Origin: Nannocystis sp.
Lineage (GTDB): Bacteria; Myxococcota_A; Polyangia; Nannocystales; Nannocystaceae
NCBI RefSeq assembly: GCF_016717175.1
Contig: NZ_JADKFZ010000004.1
DNA: 64,000 nucleotides
Direction: 5' to 3' (one strand)
A program made the translations under genes and the position numbers. This document shows, piece by piece, positions 28,310 through 39,240 of this stretch. A model generated the notes under the pieces. That model was not told the origin of the DNA. It saw nothing but the letters and a program-made list of their open reading frames with translations, and searched no databases. Each line of letters opens with the position of its first letter. Positions within the stretch are counted from its first letter, which is position 1.

Positions 28310-29527
28310 ATGATCGACCTACCCACCAACGCTCGCGCCGGCATGCTGAGCTCGTCGCCCACTCTGGCGATCTCCGCCCGTGCGGGCGAGCTGCGGGCGC
28401 AGGGCAAGGCGGTGCTCAACTTCAGCGCTGGCGAGCCCGACTTCCGCCCGCCGGCCGCGGTCACGGCGGCGCTCACCGAGTTCCTGGCCACGCGGCCGGT
28501 GCACTACACGCCGGTCGCGGGGATGCCCGAGCTGCGTGACGCGGCGGCGGCCGAGCTCGGTCGCTACCACGAGCGGCCGGTGCTGCGGAGCGAGCTGCTG
28601 GTGTCGTGCGGGGCCAAGCACAGCCTGGCCAACCTGTTCATGGTGACGCTGGCGCCGGGCGACGAGGTCGTGATCCCGGCGCCGTACTGGGTGTCGTACG
28701 TGGACATGGTGAAGCTCGGGGACGGCGTGCCGGTGGTCGTGTCGACCCGGCGCGAGGACGGGTGGCGCCTGCAGCCGGACGATCTGGCGGCGGCCCTGAC
28801 CCCGCGGACGCGCTTCGTCGTGATCGGCAACCCGACCAACCCGACGGGCGCCGGCTACAGCGCGGCGCAGCTGCGGGCGCTCGGCGAGGTGATGGCCCGG
28901 GTGGCGCCGCAGTGCTGGCTGCTGGTCGACGACATCTATCGCCGGCTGGTGTACGGCGACTTCGTGCACGCGAGCGCGTTCACGGCGCTGCGCGGGGTGA
29001 CGGAGCAGATCGTGGTGATCGACGGGGTGTCCAAGAGCTTCGCGATGACGGGCTACCGCATCGGCTTCATGCTCGCGCCGGCGAAGGTGGTCGCGGCGGC
29101 GTCGCGGCTGCAGGGGCACGTCACCTCGGGCGCGGCGACAACCTCGCAGGTGGCGGCCCTCGCCGCGCTGCGCGACCCGAGCTGCGAGCCGGCGGTGCAG
29201 GCGATGCACGCCGCCTTCACGCGGCGCCGCGAGTTCATGCTCGCGGGGCTGCAGGCGCTGCCGGGGGTCGACACCTTCGCGCCGGACGGGGCCTTCTATT
29301 TGTTCGCGGACATCTCGCGCCACCTCGGGCCGGGCACGCCCTTCGCGGACGATCTGGCGCTGGCGACCTGGTTGCTCGAGCAGAAGCTGGTGGCGACGGT
29401 GCCGGGCACGGCCTTCGGCACGCCCGGGTTCCTGCGCATCTCGTATGCGACCGACGACGAGAGTCTGCGGGCCGGGCTTGTGCGGATCGGCGAGGCGATC
29501 GGCGGGCTGGCGACGGCGCGGGCCTGA
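28310..29527 (+). CDS. class I/II pyridoxal-phosphate aminotransferase (aspartate/aromatic aminotransferase-like)
   Basis: LNFSAGEPDF, NPTNPTG, PLP-lysine motif SKSFAMTGYRIG, and a 406-aa length typical of AspC-family. Confidence 0.85.
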   Translation: MIDLPTNARAGMLSSSPTLAISARAGELRAQGKAVLNFSAGEPDFRPPAAVTAALTEFLATRPVHYTPVAGMPELRDAAAAELGRYHERPVLRSELLVSCGAKHSLANLFMVTLAPGDEVVIPAPYWVSYVDMVKLGDGVPVVVSTRREDGWRLQPDDLAAALTPRTRFVVIGNPTNPTGAGYSAAQLRALGEVMARVAPQCWLLVDDIYRRLVYGDFVHASAFTALRGVTEQIVVIDGVSKSFAMTGYRIGFMLAPAKVVAAASRLQGHVTSGAATTSQVAALAALRDPSCEPAVQAMHAAFTRRREFMLAGLQALPGVDTFAPDGAFYLFADISRHLGPGTPFADDLALATWLLEQKLVATVPGTAFGTPGFLRISYATDDESLRAGLVRIGEAIGGLATARA

Positions 29528-29619
29528 GGTCTCGTCGCGGCGCGGCGGAGCTCGTGCCGCTCGTCGGCGAGGCGATCGGCGGGCTGGCGACGGCGCGGGC
29601 CTGAGGTCTCGTCGCGGCG
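29489..29619. repeat. 76-bp tandem duplication (2 copies) spanning the aminotransferase stop codon
   Basis: cggcgaggcgatcggcgggctggcgacggcgcgggcctgaggtctcgtcgcggcg occurs at 29489-29543 and 29565-29619. The second copy re-encodes the C-terminal GEAIGGLATARA* in another frame. Confidence 0.85.
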
Positions 29620-29623
29620 AAGC

Positions 29624-31381
29624 TCAGACGCGGGCGTCGGTCTCGAACAGGCGCTCGAGCTCGTCGGCGGACTGCTTGGCGTGGGCGATCAGGGCCTGCT
29701 CGTTGTCGCGGAGGGTGAATTGCTCGGCGAGGACGCGCTCGTCCCAGCGGCGGAAGGCGAGGGTGAGCTCGTGGGCGTCGGCGCGGCCGAGCTCGGTGAG
29801 TGCCTGCTCGGCGAGCTCGAGGCTGGACACGAGGGTCTCGCGGATCACCGTGTCGGCGCCGGCGGCGACGAGCGCGTGGTTGTGCTGGCGGTTGCGGCTG
29901 CGGGCGAGGATCCGCAGCTGGGGGAAGTGCTGGCGCGCGTGCTGGACGATGTGGAGCGCGGCCTCGGTGTCGTCGACGGCGACGATCAGGAGGCGGGCCT
30001 TGTGGGCGCCGGCGGCGTGGAGCAGGTCGAGGCGGGCGGCGTCGCCGTAGAAGATCTTGCTGCCGTAGCGGCGCACGAAGTCGATCTGGGTCGGGCTGAC
30101 CTCGAGCGCGGTGAAGCCGACGCGGGCCATGCGGAGCACGCGGGCGACGATCTGACCGAAGCGGCCGAAGCCGGCGATGATGACCCCGTGGGCCTCGTCG
30201 ATGGTGTCGAAGGGGCGCGGATCTGCGGCTGTCTCTCGGGACAGGCGGTCGCGCAGCAGGAAGAGCAGCGGGGTGGTGACCATCGACAGGGTGACGACCA
30301 GGATCAGCATGTCGGCGGTCGGGCGGTCGAACACGCCGGCCGCGATCGCGGCGCTGCAGACGACGAAGGCGAACTCACCGCCCTGGGACAGGGCGATAGC
30401 GAGGTCGAGGGCGCCGTGGCGCGGCAGCTTGAAGACCAGGCGGCCGAGCACGAGCACGGCGAGCAGCTTGACGGCGACCAGCGCGAGGACCAGGCCGGCG
30501 AGGGTGAGCGGCTGCTCGGCGAGCAGGCCGAGGCGGGCCGACATGCCGACGGCGACGAAGAAGAGGCCGAGCAGGAGGCCCTTGAAGGGGTCGATGTCGG
30601 CCTCTAGCTGGTGGCGGTAGGGCGAGTCGGCGAGCAGCACGCCGGCCAGGAAGGCGCCGAGGGCCATCGACAGGCCGACCTGTTCGACGAGGATCGCGGT
30701 GGCGAGGACGATGAGGAGGGCGAGCGCGGCGGAGAGCTCGCGGATGCGGGTGCCGGCGACGACGCGGAACAGCGGGCCGAGCAGGTAGCGGCCGGCGAAC
30801 ACGAGGCCGACGATGACGCCGAGGGCGAGGCCGACCTGGGCGAGGCCGCTGCGGCCGGCGGCCTCGGCGGCGCGGGCCGTGCCGAGCAGGGGGAGGACGG
30901 CGAGGAGCGGGCTGGCGGCGACGTCCTGGAACAGGAGGATGCCGAACGCGGCGTGGCCGTGAGGGGTGGCGAGGCTGTGGCGGTCGGCGAGGATCTGCAG
31001 GACGATCGCGGTGGACGAGAGGGCGAGGGCGAGGCCGGTGACGATCGCGGCGCTCGGGGGCAGGCCGAGCAGCCAGGCGAGCGGCGCGAGCAGGACGGCG
31101 CTGACGGCCACCTGCAGGCCGCCGTACTCGAACACCTGGGCGCGCAGCTGCCACAGGCGGGCGGGCTGCAGCTCGAGGCCGACGAGGAACATGAGCAGGA
31201 CGACGCCGAGCTCGGCGAAGTGGAGGGTCGAGTCGACCTCGTGGATGAAGCCGAAGCCGGAGGGGCCGATCGCCACGCCCGCGGCGAGGTAGCCGAGCAC
31301 GGCGCCGAGGCCGAGGCGCTTGAACACCGGGACCGCGACGACGGCAGCGGCGAGGAAGATCGTGGCCTGGGCGAGCTGCAT
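29624..31381 (-). CDS. kefB: CPA2-family K+/H+ antiporter with C-terminal TrkA-N (KTN) domain (KefB/KefC-type)
   Basis: MQLAQATIFLAAAVVAVPVFKRLGLGAVLGYLAAGVAIGPSGFGF matches the KefB N-terminus. Na/H-exchanger TM core. C-terminus has GVIIAGFGRFGQIVARVL Rossmann. Start taken at the downstream ATG (31379-31381) of a duplicated start region. Confidence 0.8.
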   Translation of the reverse strand: MQLAQATIFLAAAVVAVPVFKRLGLGAVLGYLAAGVAIGPSGFGFIHEVDSTLHFAELGVVLLMFLVGLELQPARLWQLRAQVFEYGGLQVAVSAVLLAPLAWLLGLPPSAAIVTGLALALSSTAIVLQILADRHSLATPHGHAAFGILLFQDVAASPLLAVLPLLGTARAAEAAGRSGLAQVGLALGVIVGLVFAGRYLLGPLFRVVAGTRIRELSAALALLIVLATAILVEQVGLSMALGAFLAGVLLADSPYRHQLEADIDPFKGLLLGLFFVAVGMSARLGLLAEQPLTLAGLVLALVAVKLLAVLVLGRLVFKLPRHGALDLAIALSQGGEFAFVVCSAAIAAGVFDRPTADMLILVVTLSMVTTPLLFLLRDRLSRETAADPRPFDTIDEAHGVIIAGFGRFGQIVARVLRMARVGFTALEVSPTQIDFVRRYGSKIFYGDAARLDLLHAAGAHKARLLIVAVDDTEAALHIVQHARQHFPQLRILARSRNRQHNHALVAAGADTVIRETLVSSLELAEQALTELGRADAHELTLAFRRWDERVLAEQFTLRDNEQALIAHAKQSADELERLFETDARV

Positions 31382-31486
31382 CCCGGCGGTGATGGTTACG
31401 CGAGCTCGCGGGCGGCGGCGAGGAAGATCGTGGCCTGGGCGAGCTGCATCCCGGCGGTGGTGATTACGCGAGCTCGGGGCGGGCGC
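31351..31486. repeat. 68-bp tandem duplication (2 copies) at the bioB stop / kefB start junction, creating a 17-codon uORF
   Basis: gcggcgaggaagatcgtggcctgggcgagctgcatcccggcggtgatggttacgcgagctcg repeated from 31419 with ~4 mismatches. The upstream copy encodes MQLAQATIFLAAARELA* (31396..31449, minus). Confidence 0.9.
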
Positions 31487-32567
31487 CGAGGACGGGGAGG
31501 CGGCGGACCGGCGCACGGGGGGAAGCGGCCGCTGCGGCGAGCTCGGGGCGCGGGGCGCCGCAGACGGAGCCCTCGAGGCCGAGCTGGGCGAGCATGTCGA
31601 GGTCGTCCTGGACCGAGCGGTTGGGGGTGGTGAGGAAGTCGCCGATCATCATGCCGGAGGCGCCGGCGCTGAAGATGAGCGGCTGGAGCTGGCCGAGGTG
31701 CTGGCGGCCGGCGGCGATGAAGATGTTCTGGCGCGGGAGGGCGAGGCGGAAGCAGGCGATGATGCGCAGCATCTCGAGCGGCTGCAGCGGCTCGGAGCGG
31801 GCCAGGCGGGTGCCGTCGACGCTGACGAGGAAGTTGATCGGGACCTCGTCGACGTCGAGGGCGCGCAGGTCCATGGCCAGCTCGGCGCGGTGCTCGGGGC
31901 GCTCGCCCATGCCCATGATGCCGCCGACGCAGGTGCGCAGGCCGAGCTCCCTGGCGTGGCGGATGGTGGCGATGCGGTCGTCGTAGCTGTGGGTGGTGAC
32001 GACCTCGCCGAAGTAGCCGCGGCCGGTCTCGAGGTTGTGGTTGAACTCGGTCATGCCGGCGTCCTTGAGCCGCTGCAGGCCGGCCTTGCTGACGAAGCCG
32101 AGCGAGGCGTGGGCCTCGGTGAAGCCGGCCTCACGCACGGCGCGGATGCCCTCGACCATGTGCTCGAGCGCGCGGGAGCCGTCTTCGTAGCCGCGGGTGG
32201 CGGTGACCAGGCCGAGCGCGCTGGCCCCCTGGGCCTGGGCGCGCAGGCTGGCGCTGACCATCTGATCGTGCGTGAGGAATTTTTCGGCGCTGACGCCGGT
32301 GTCGAAGTGCTTCGACTGGGCACAGAAGCCGCAGTCCTCGGGGCAGCCGCCCTGCTTGGCGTTGACGATCGAGCACAGGTGGACGTGGTTGCCGAAGCGC
32401 CCGCGGCGGACGCGGTCGGCGGCGGCGATGAGCTCCCAGGTGTCGTGCTCACCGGCGAGGTAGCGGGTCAGGCTGGCAGCGTCGAGCGCGTCGAGCTCGC
32501 CAGCGAGGACGCGATCGGCGATCGCGTGCGGGGCGGGGAGATCGAGGGGCCGCGCTTCATGCTGCAT
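31464..32567 (-). CDS. bioB: biotin synthase
   Basis: Radical-SAM CSIVNAKQGGCPEDCGFC (CxxxCxxC), a YNHNLET-type motif, and biotin-synthase length. Confidence 0.9.
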   Translation of the reverse strand: MQHEARPLDLPAPHAIADRVLAGELDALDAASLTRYLAGEHDTWELIAAADRVRRGRFGNHVHLCSIVNAKQGGCPEDCGFCAQSKHFDTGVSAEKFLTHDQMVSASLRAQAQGASALGLVTATRGYEDGSRALEHMVEGIRAVREAGFTEAHASLGFVSKAGLQRLKDAGMTEFNHNLETGRGYFGEVVTTHSYDDRIATIRHARELGLRTCVGGIMGMGERPEHRAELAMDLRALDVDEVPINFLVSVDGTRLARSEPLQPLEMLRIIACFRLALPRQNIFIAAGRQHLGQLQPLIFSAGASGMMIGDFLTTPNRSVQDDLDMLAQLGLEGSVCGAPRPELAAAAASPRAPVRRLPVLGARPELA

Positions 32568-32823
32568 GGCCGCGAGATATACCGCAGGCGACCGGCGTGG
32601 CCGAGTGCGCAGCGCTCAGGCTGCGACGGCGGCGTGCATGGCCCTGCGCGGGAGGTCGGAGGGAGCTCGTGCGGCCGGCGGGAGGCGATCGCGGTGGTCT
32701 GCGGGCTCGTGCGGCCGAGGGGAGGCGAGCGCGGTGGCAGGAGGGGGCCTCGCGCGGCCGGGGAGGCTATCGCGGCGGGGGAGCTGTGTTACCCTCCCGG
32801 CGCCCTGCGAGGGGGAGATCGTG

Positions 32824-33870
32824 ATGACCGCATCCACTGCTACATCCGAGGCCGCGGCGACGACGACGGCGGAGCACGCCGCCGCCGAGATCGCCGCCCA
32901 GTTCAAGGGCCAGAGCAAGGACGACACGCTGCGCGACTATCTGGCGATGCTGCGGATCCGTCGCTTCGAGGAGTCTGCCGCGCGCGCGTACACGCGCGGG
33001 AAGATCAGCGGCTTCCTCCACCTCTACATCGGCCAGGAGGCGATCGCGGTGGCGACCAAGCAGGCGATCGCGGCCCACGACCGGGTCGTCTCGGCGTACC
33101 GCACCCACGGCTTCGCCCTCGCGCTCGGCAGCGACATCAAGGCCTGCGCGGCGGAGCTGTTCGGCAAGGCGGCGGGGCTGGTCGGCGGGATGGGCGGGTC
33201 GATGCACTTCTTCGACAAGGCGCACCAGCTGTGGGGCGGCTACGCGATCGTGGGCAACCACATCCCGGTCGCGACGGGGCACGCCTTCGCCAGCAAGTAC
33301 ACCGGCGACGGCGCGGTGACCCTGGTGTTCATGGGCGACGGGGCGGTCGGCATCGGCCCGGTGCACGAGGGCATGACCCTGGCGGGGGTGTGGAAGCTGC
33401 CGATCGTGTTCATGGTCGAGAACAACCAGTACTCGATGGGCACGCCGCTCAAGCGCAGCGTGCCGGTCGAGGACATCACGGCGCGGGCGGCCGGCTACGG
33501 GTTTCCCAGCGACCGCTTTCACGTGACCTCGGTGCACGAGACGCGGGCCCGCATCGCCGCGGCGGTGGACCGGGCGCGGGCCGACAACCAGCCGAGCCTG
33601 CTCGAGCTCATCACGTACCGCTTCCGCGGGCACAGCATGAGCGACCCGGCGAAGTACCGGCAGAAGGAGGAGGTCGACACCTGGCGGCTGCAGGACCCGC
33701 TCGAGCGCACCTTGCTGGCGCTGCAGCAGCTGCACGGCCTCGACGAGGCGACGCTCGAGCAGCACGACGCGAAGATCATCGCCGAGGTCGACGCGGCCTA
33801 CGAGTTCGCCGAGGCGACGCCGCAGCCGCCGCCCGAGGCGCGCTTCGAGAACATCCTGGTGGGGGAGTAA
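32824..33870 (+). CDS. pdhA: pyruvate dehydrogenase E1 component alpha subunit
   Basis: TPP-binding GDGA...NN motif (VFMGDGAVGIGPVHEGM...VENNQYSMGT) and phosphorylation-loop-like YRFRGHSMSDP. Confidence 0.9.
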   Translation: MTASTATSEAAATTTAEHAAAEIAAQFKGQSKDDTLRDYLAMLRIRRFEESAARAYTRGKISGFLHLYIGQEAIAVATKQAIAAHDRVVSAYRTHGFALALGSDIKACAAELFGKAAGLVGGMGGSMHFFDKAHQLWGGYAIVGNHIPVATGHAFASKYTGDGAVTLVFMGDGAVGIGPVHEGMTLAGVWKLPIVFMVENNQYSMGTPLKRSVPVEDITARAAGYGFPSDRFHVTSVHETRARIAAAVDRARADNQPSLLELITYRFRGHSMSDPAKYRQKEEVDTWRLQDPLERTLLALQQLHGLDEATLEQHDAKIIAEVDAAYEFAEATPQPPPEARFENILVGE

Positions 33871-33873
33871 GCC

Positions 33874-34854
33874 ATGGCCATCTTGCAGATCCGTCAAGCC
33901 ATCCGCGACGCGATGAAGGAGGAGATGCTCCGCGACGAGCGGGTGTTCCTCATGGGCGAGGAGGTCGGCCACTACAACGGGGCGTACAAGGCCAGCGAGG
34001 GGCTGCTCGAGCAGTTCGGGGCGCGGCGCGTGATCGACACGCCGATCGTCGAGACCGGCTTCGCCGGGGTCGGGATCGGGGCGGCGATGTGCGGGCTGCG
34101 GCCGATCATCGAGTTCATGACCTTCAACTTCTCGGCCGTGGCCTTCGACCAGATCTTGAACAACGCGGCCAAGATCCGGCACATGACGCACGGGCAGTTC
34201 GGGGTGCCGATCGTGTTCCGCGGGCCGAACGCAGCGGCGCACATGCTGGGTTCGACGCACAGCCAGGCATTCGAGCCGTTCTACGCGCACATCCCCGGGC
34301 TCAAGGTGGTCGCGGTGGCGACCCCCTACGACGCCAAGGGGCTGCTCAAGTCGGCGATCCGCGACGACAACCCGGTGGTCTTCCTCGAGGCCGAGCTGAT
34401 GTACTCGGTGAAGGGCGAGGTGCCCGACGAGGAGTACACGATCCCGATCGGCAAGGCCGACATCAAGCGCGAGGGCAAGCACGTCACGCTGATCACCTGG
34501 GGGCAGGCGGTGCCGATCTCGCTGAAGACGGCCGAGCTGGCGGCGAAGGAGGGCATCGAGGTCGAGGTGATCGACCTGCGGACGCTGCGGCCGCTCGACA
34601 CCGACGCGATCCTCGCCAGCGTGATGAAGACCAACCGCGCGGTGGTGCTGTTCCACGGCTGGCCCTACGGCGGGGTCGGCTGCGAGGTCATCGCCCGCAT
34701 TCAGGAGCTGGCCTTCGACCACCTCGACGCGCCCGTGCTGCGCGAGTGCTACGAGGACGTGCCCTTCCCGTACGCCGAGAACCTCGAGCACCTGTGCCTG
34801 CCGACCCCCGAGAAGGGGCTCGCGGCGGTCAAAAAGGTGCTCTACAAGCGATAA
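33874..34854 (+). CDS. pdhB: pyruvate dehydrogenase E1 component beta subunit
   Basis: LMGEEVGHYNGAYKASEGLLEQFG...IIEFMTFNF is a transketolase-like E1-beta signature. 4 nt after pdhA. Confidence 0.9.
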   Translation: MAILQIRQAIRDAMKEEMLRDERVFLMGEEVGHYNGAYKASEGLLEQFGARRVIDTPIVETGFAGVGIGAAMCGLRPIIEFMTFNFSAVAFDQILNNAAKIRHMTHGQFGVPIVFRGPNAAAHMLGSTHSQAFEPFYAHIPGLKVVAVATPYDAKGLLKSAIRDDNPVVFLEAELMYSVKGEVPDEEYTIPIGKADIKREGKHVTLITWGQAVPISLKTAELAAKEGIEVEVIDLRTLRPLDTDAILASVMKTNRAVVLFHGWPYGGVGCEVIARIQELAFDHLDAPVLRECYEDVPFPYAENLEHLCLPTPEKGLAAVKKVLYKR

Positions 34855-34908
34855 CGGGCGATAACGGGCGATAACGGGCGATAGAAGCGACAGAAGGAAA
34901 CAGACGCC

Positions 34909-36327
34909 ATGGCAACCGTGGTCCAGCTCCCGCGACTCAGCGACACGATGGAAGAGGGCGTGATCGCCAAGTGGCGGATCAAGGTCGGCGACAAGGTCAA
35001 GCGCGGCCAGGTCATCGCCGAGATCGAGACCGACAAGGCGACGATGGAGTTCGAGTCATTCGACTCGGGCGTCGTGCTCAAGCTGATAGCGACGGAGGGC
35101 GAGACGCTGCCGCTCGGGGCGCCGATCGCCGTGCTCGGGCAGGCGGGCGAGAGCCCGGACGGGGCGAGCGCGGGTGCCGGCGCGAGTGTTGGCGCGAGCG
35201 AACCGGCAGCGGCGACGCCGGCGGCTGAGGCGAGCAAGCCGGCAGCGGCGGCTGAGGCGAGCAAGCCGGCAGCGGCGGTGGCCGAGGCGGCGGCGAGCAG
35301 TCCCGAAGGCCAGGTAGCGAAGGACATGTCCAAAAAGCCAGCCGGGGACGGCGCGCGGGTGCCGGCGTCGCCGCTGGCGCGGCGTCTGGCGCGGGAGCAC
35401 GACCTCGAGCTCGGCGAGATCAGCGGCAGCGGCCCGCACGGGCGGGTCGTGAAGGCGGACGTCGACCAGGCGATCGCGGCGGCTGGCAAGGCGCCAGCGA
35501 CCGCTGCGGCTGCGGGGACGAGCGCTGCTGCGGCGCCGGTTGCTGCGGGGACGCGCTCGGGGGGAGCGACGGCCGCGGCCGCCGTGAAGCCCGTGGGTGC
35601 GGCGACGGCCGAGGTCGACGCCGACGGGCGGCCCTACGTGTCGCGCCCGGCGCGGACGATCAAGCTGAGCCAGATGCGCAAGACGATCGTCAAGCGCATG
35701 GGCCAGAGCAAGCGCGAGGCGCCGCACATCTACCTCACGACGGCGATCCGCATGGACCGGGCGCTGGCGGTGCGGGCCGAGATCAACGCGGCGGTCGACG
35801 GGACCAAGGTCAGCGTCAACGACCTCATCGTGCTGGCCTGCGCCAAGGCGCTGCGCAAGCACCCGAAGGTGAACGCCAACTACACCGAGGCCGGCATCGT
35901 CGAGCACGGCGACATCCACGTCGGCGTGGCGGTCGCGCTGGACGACGGGCTGGTGGTGCCGGTGGTCCGCTTCGCCGAGCAGAAGTCGATCACGGCGATC
36001 TCGCGCGAGACGCGGGACCTCGGCCTGCGGGCCAAGGCCAAGGAGCTGCGCCCGGAGGAGATGGCGGGGAGCACCTTCACGATCAGCAACCTCGGGATGC
36101 TCGGCGTGGAGAGCTTCATGGCGGTGATCAACCCGGGCGAGGGGGCGATCCTCGCGGTCGGGGCGACGGCCGACGAGGCGGTGGTCGAGGACGGGGCCGT
36201 GGTGATCCGCAAGGTCATGCGCGTGACGATGTGCTCCGACCACCGGGCCTTCGATGGGGCCGACAGCGCCCGCTTCCTGCAGACGCTGAAGGCGCTGCTC
36301 GAGGCGCCGCTGGCGATGTTCAGCTGA
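34909..36327 (+). CDS. pdhC: dihydrolipoamide acetyltransferase (E2) of the pyruvate dehydrogenase complex
   Basis: Lipoyl domain IETDKATMEF, Ala/Pro-rich linkers, E3-binding PLARRLAREHDLEL, catalytic DHRAFDGA. Confidence 0.9.
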   Translation: MATVVQLPRLSDTMEEGVIAKWRIKVGDKVKRGQVIAEIETDKATMEFESFDSGVVLKLIATEGETLPLGAPIAVLGQAGESPDGASAGAGASVGASEPAAATPAAEASKPAAAAEASKPAAAVAEAAASSPEGQVAKDMSKKPAGDGARVPASPLARRLAREHDLELGEISGSGPHGRVVKADVDQAIAAAGKAPATAAAAGTSAAAAPVAAGTRSGGATAAAAVKPVGAATAEVDADGRPYVSRPARTIKLSQMRKTIVKRMGQSKREAPHIYLTTAIRMDRALAVRAEINAAVDGTKVSVNDLIVLACAKALRKHPKVNANYTEAGIVEHGDIHVGVAVALDDGLVVPVVRFAEQKSITAISRETRDLGLRAKAKELRPEEMAGSTFTISNLGMLGVESFMAVINPGEGAILAVGATADEAVVEDGAVVIRKVMRVTMCSDHRAFDGADSARFLQTLKALLEAPLAMFS

Positions 36328-37003
36328 GCGAGCGGCCGCTGACCGCGGTGACGAGGGCGGCGAGGCTGGTGCTCGCGTCGCCCTCGACGCGCTGGATCGC
36401 GAGCTCGATCAGGTCGATCGGGGTGGGGTCGTCGGCGGCGAGGAACGCGAGGGACAGGGCGGCGTGCTCGTCGTCGAGGATCCAGCGGCCGCCGTGGCGG
36501 GCTCGCAGGAGCTCGCCGGCGAAGGCTGCGAGCTCGACGACGGCGCGCCAGTGGCGGAGCTCGTCGGCGTCGCGGAGGACGATCGGGGTGGCCTGCTCGA
36601 GCTGCGCGAGGCCGGCGAGGTCGCGGCCGAGCCCGCGATCGCGCGCGATGCGGGTGGCGAGGCCGGCGAGGGCGAGGCGGACGATCGCGGTGAGGTCGGG
36701 CGGGACGCCAGCGAAGGGGTGATGGACGTCGGTCCACAGCTCGGCGCCGGCGGCCGCGATCGCGGCGCGCAGGAAGGCGGGCGGCAGATGCTGGCACCTG
36801 TACTCGAGGACAGGTGGCGGAGCATCGATCGGGAAGTCGCGCCGCGGCGAGCGCAGGCGCAGGGCGGCGTAGATCAGGGAGAGCTCGGGCTCGGCCTCGA
36901 TGTGGGCGGGGCGGCGGTGGTCGGTCTGCAGCCAGCGAGTGCGGCCCGCAGGGTCGGTGTAGACGAGGTCGACGCAGTCGAGCGAGCTGAACAAGGCGGG
37001 CAC
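36320..37003 (-). CDS. hypothetical protein
   Basis: ~228-aa C-terminal portion of track ORF 36320..37378 with protein-like composition (LDCVDLVYTDPAGRTRWLQTDHRRPAHIEAEPELSLIYAALRL...). GTG start at 37003 is tentative; the upstream extension is Pro/Arg low-complexity. Confidence 0.45.
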   Translation of the reverse strand: MPALFSSLDCVDLVYTDPAGRTRWLQTDHRRPAHIEAEPELSLIYAALRLRSPRRDFPIDAPPPVLEYRCQHLPPAFLRAAIAAAGAELWTDVHHPFAGVPPDLTAIVRLALAGLATRIARDRGLGRDLAGLAQLEQATPIVLRDADELRHWRAVVELAAFAGELLRARHGGRWILDDEHAALSLAFLAADDPTPIDLIELAIQRVEGDASTSLAALVTAVSGRSLS

Positions 37004-37095
37004 GCTAGCATGCGGCGGCGGGGGGGCCGGTGGGCGCGGGCTTGCTCGCGGCGGTGGGGTGTCGGGGTGGCGCGGGTCCGTGGTAGGGTGGCGAC

Positions 37096-37569
37096 GTGCG
37101 GGGACTGCCTCGAATTCTCCTCGTGGCTGCGGTGGTCGTGGCGCCGCTGGCGTGCGCGAGCGGGCCGCGGCGGACCAACGGCGAGCTGCGGATGCCGGTG
37201 GCATCGAGTTCGTCGGGGGCGTCGGGGTCATCGGGGCGGACGACGCGGCAGCAGGTGCTGGACCGCGACCGGGCGTTGATCGCCGGGCTGGCGACCAGCC
37301 TCGCGTTCGGGATCGTCGGGCTCGGGATGCTGCTGGCCAACGCCAACCTGGCGCGACCGGCCGACACGGCGCCGCCACCCGGGATGCCGGCCGTGTTCGC
37401 GGTGTCGGGCGGGGTGATGAGCGCGGGCTTCCTGGCGGCGATCCCGTTCGGTGTGGCGGTCGAGCGCCACCGCAATCGCCATCCGGAGTACTTCAGGCCG
37501 CGTGCGCCGCGGCCGAGCGCGTCGCTGCGGCCAGGGGTTCGTCTCGCGCCGACGCCCGCGCAGCCGTGA
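37096..37569 (+). CDS. small membrane/lipoprotein, hypothetical
   Basis: Signal LLVAAVVVAPLACASG plus two further hydrophobic segments. GTG start. Confidence 0.4.
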   Translation: MRGLPRILLVAAVVVAPLACASGPRRTNGELRMPVASSSSGASGSSGRTTRQQVLDRDRALIAGLATSLAFGIVGLGMLLANANLARPADTAPPPGMPAVFAVSGGVMSAGFLAAIPFGVAVERHRNRHPEYFRPRAPRPSASLRPGVRLAPTPAQP

Positions 37570-37667
37570 CGGCGGGTCCGATCTCCGACTGATGGCGTCA
37601 CTGATCGCTGATCGCTGATCGCTGACCCATGATCGGTGCTCGCGGATCGCCGAGCAGTGATCGGCGA

Positions 37668-39197
<1,530 letters not shown>

Positions 39198-39240
39198 CGA
39201 GCCCCGGGATCCTAGCCAGGTTTGAGCGCGTGAACGTTGG

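Noticed and set aside
29681-34874. ORFs 29681..30607, 30375..31154, 30611..31633, 31698..34874 (1058 aa), 32767..34791
   Set aside because: Antisense or alternate frames of kefB, bioB and the pdh operon, all of which have unambiguous family signatures.
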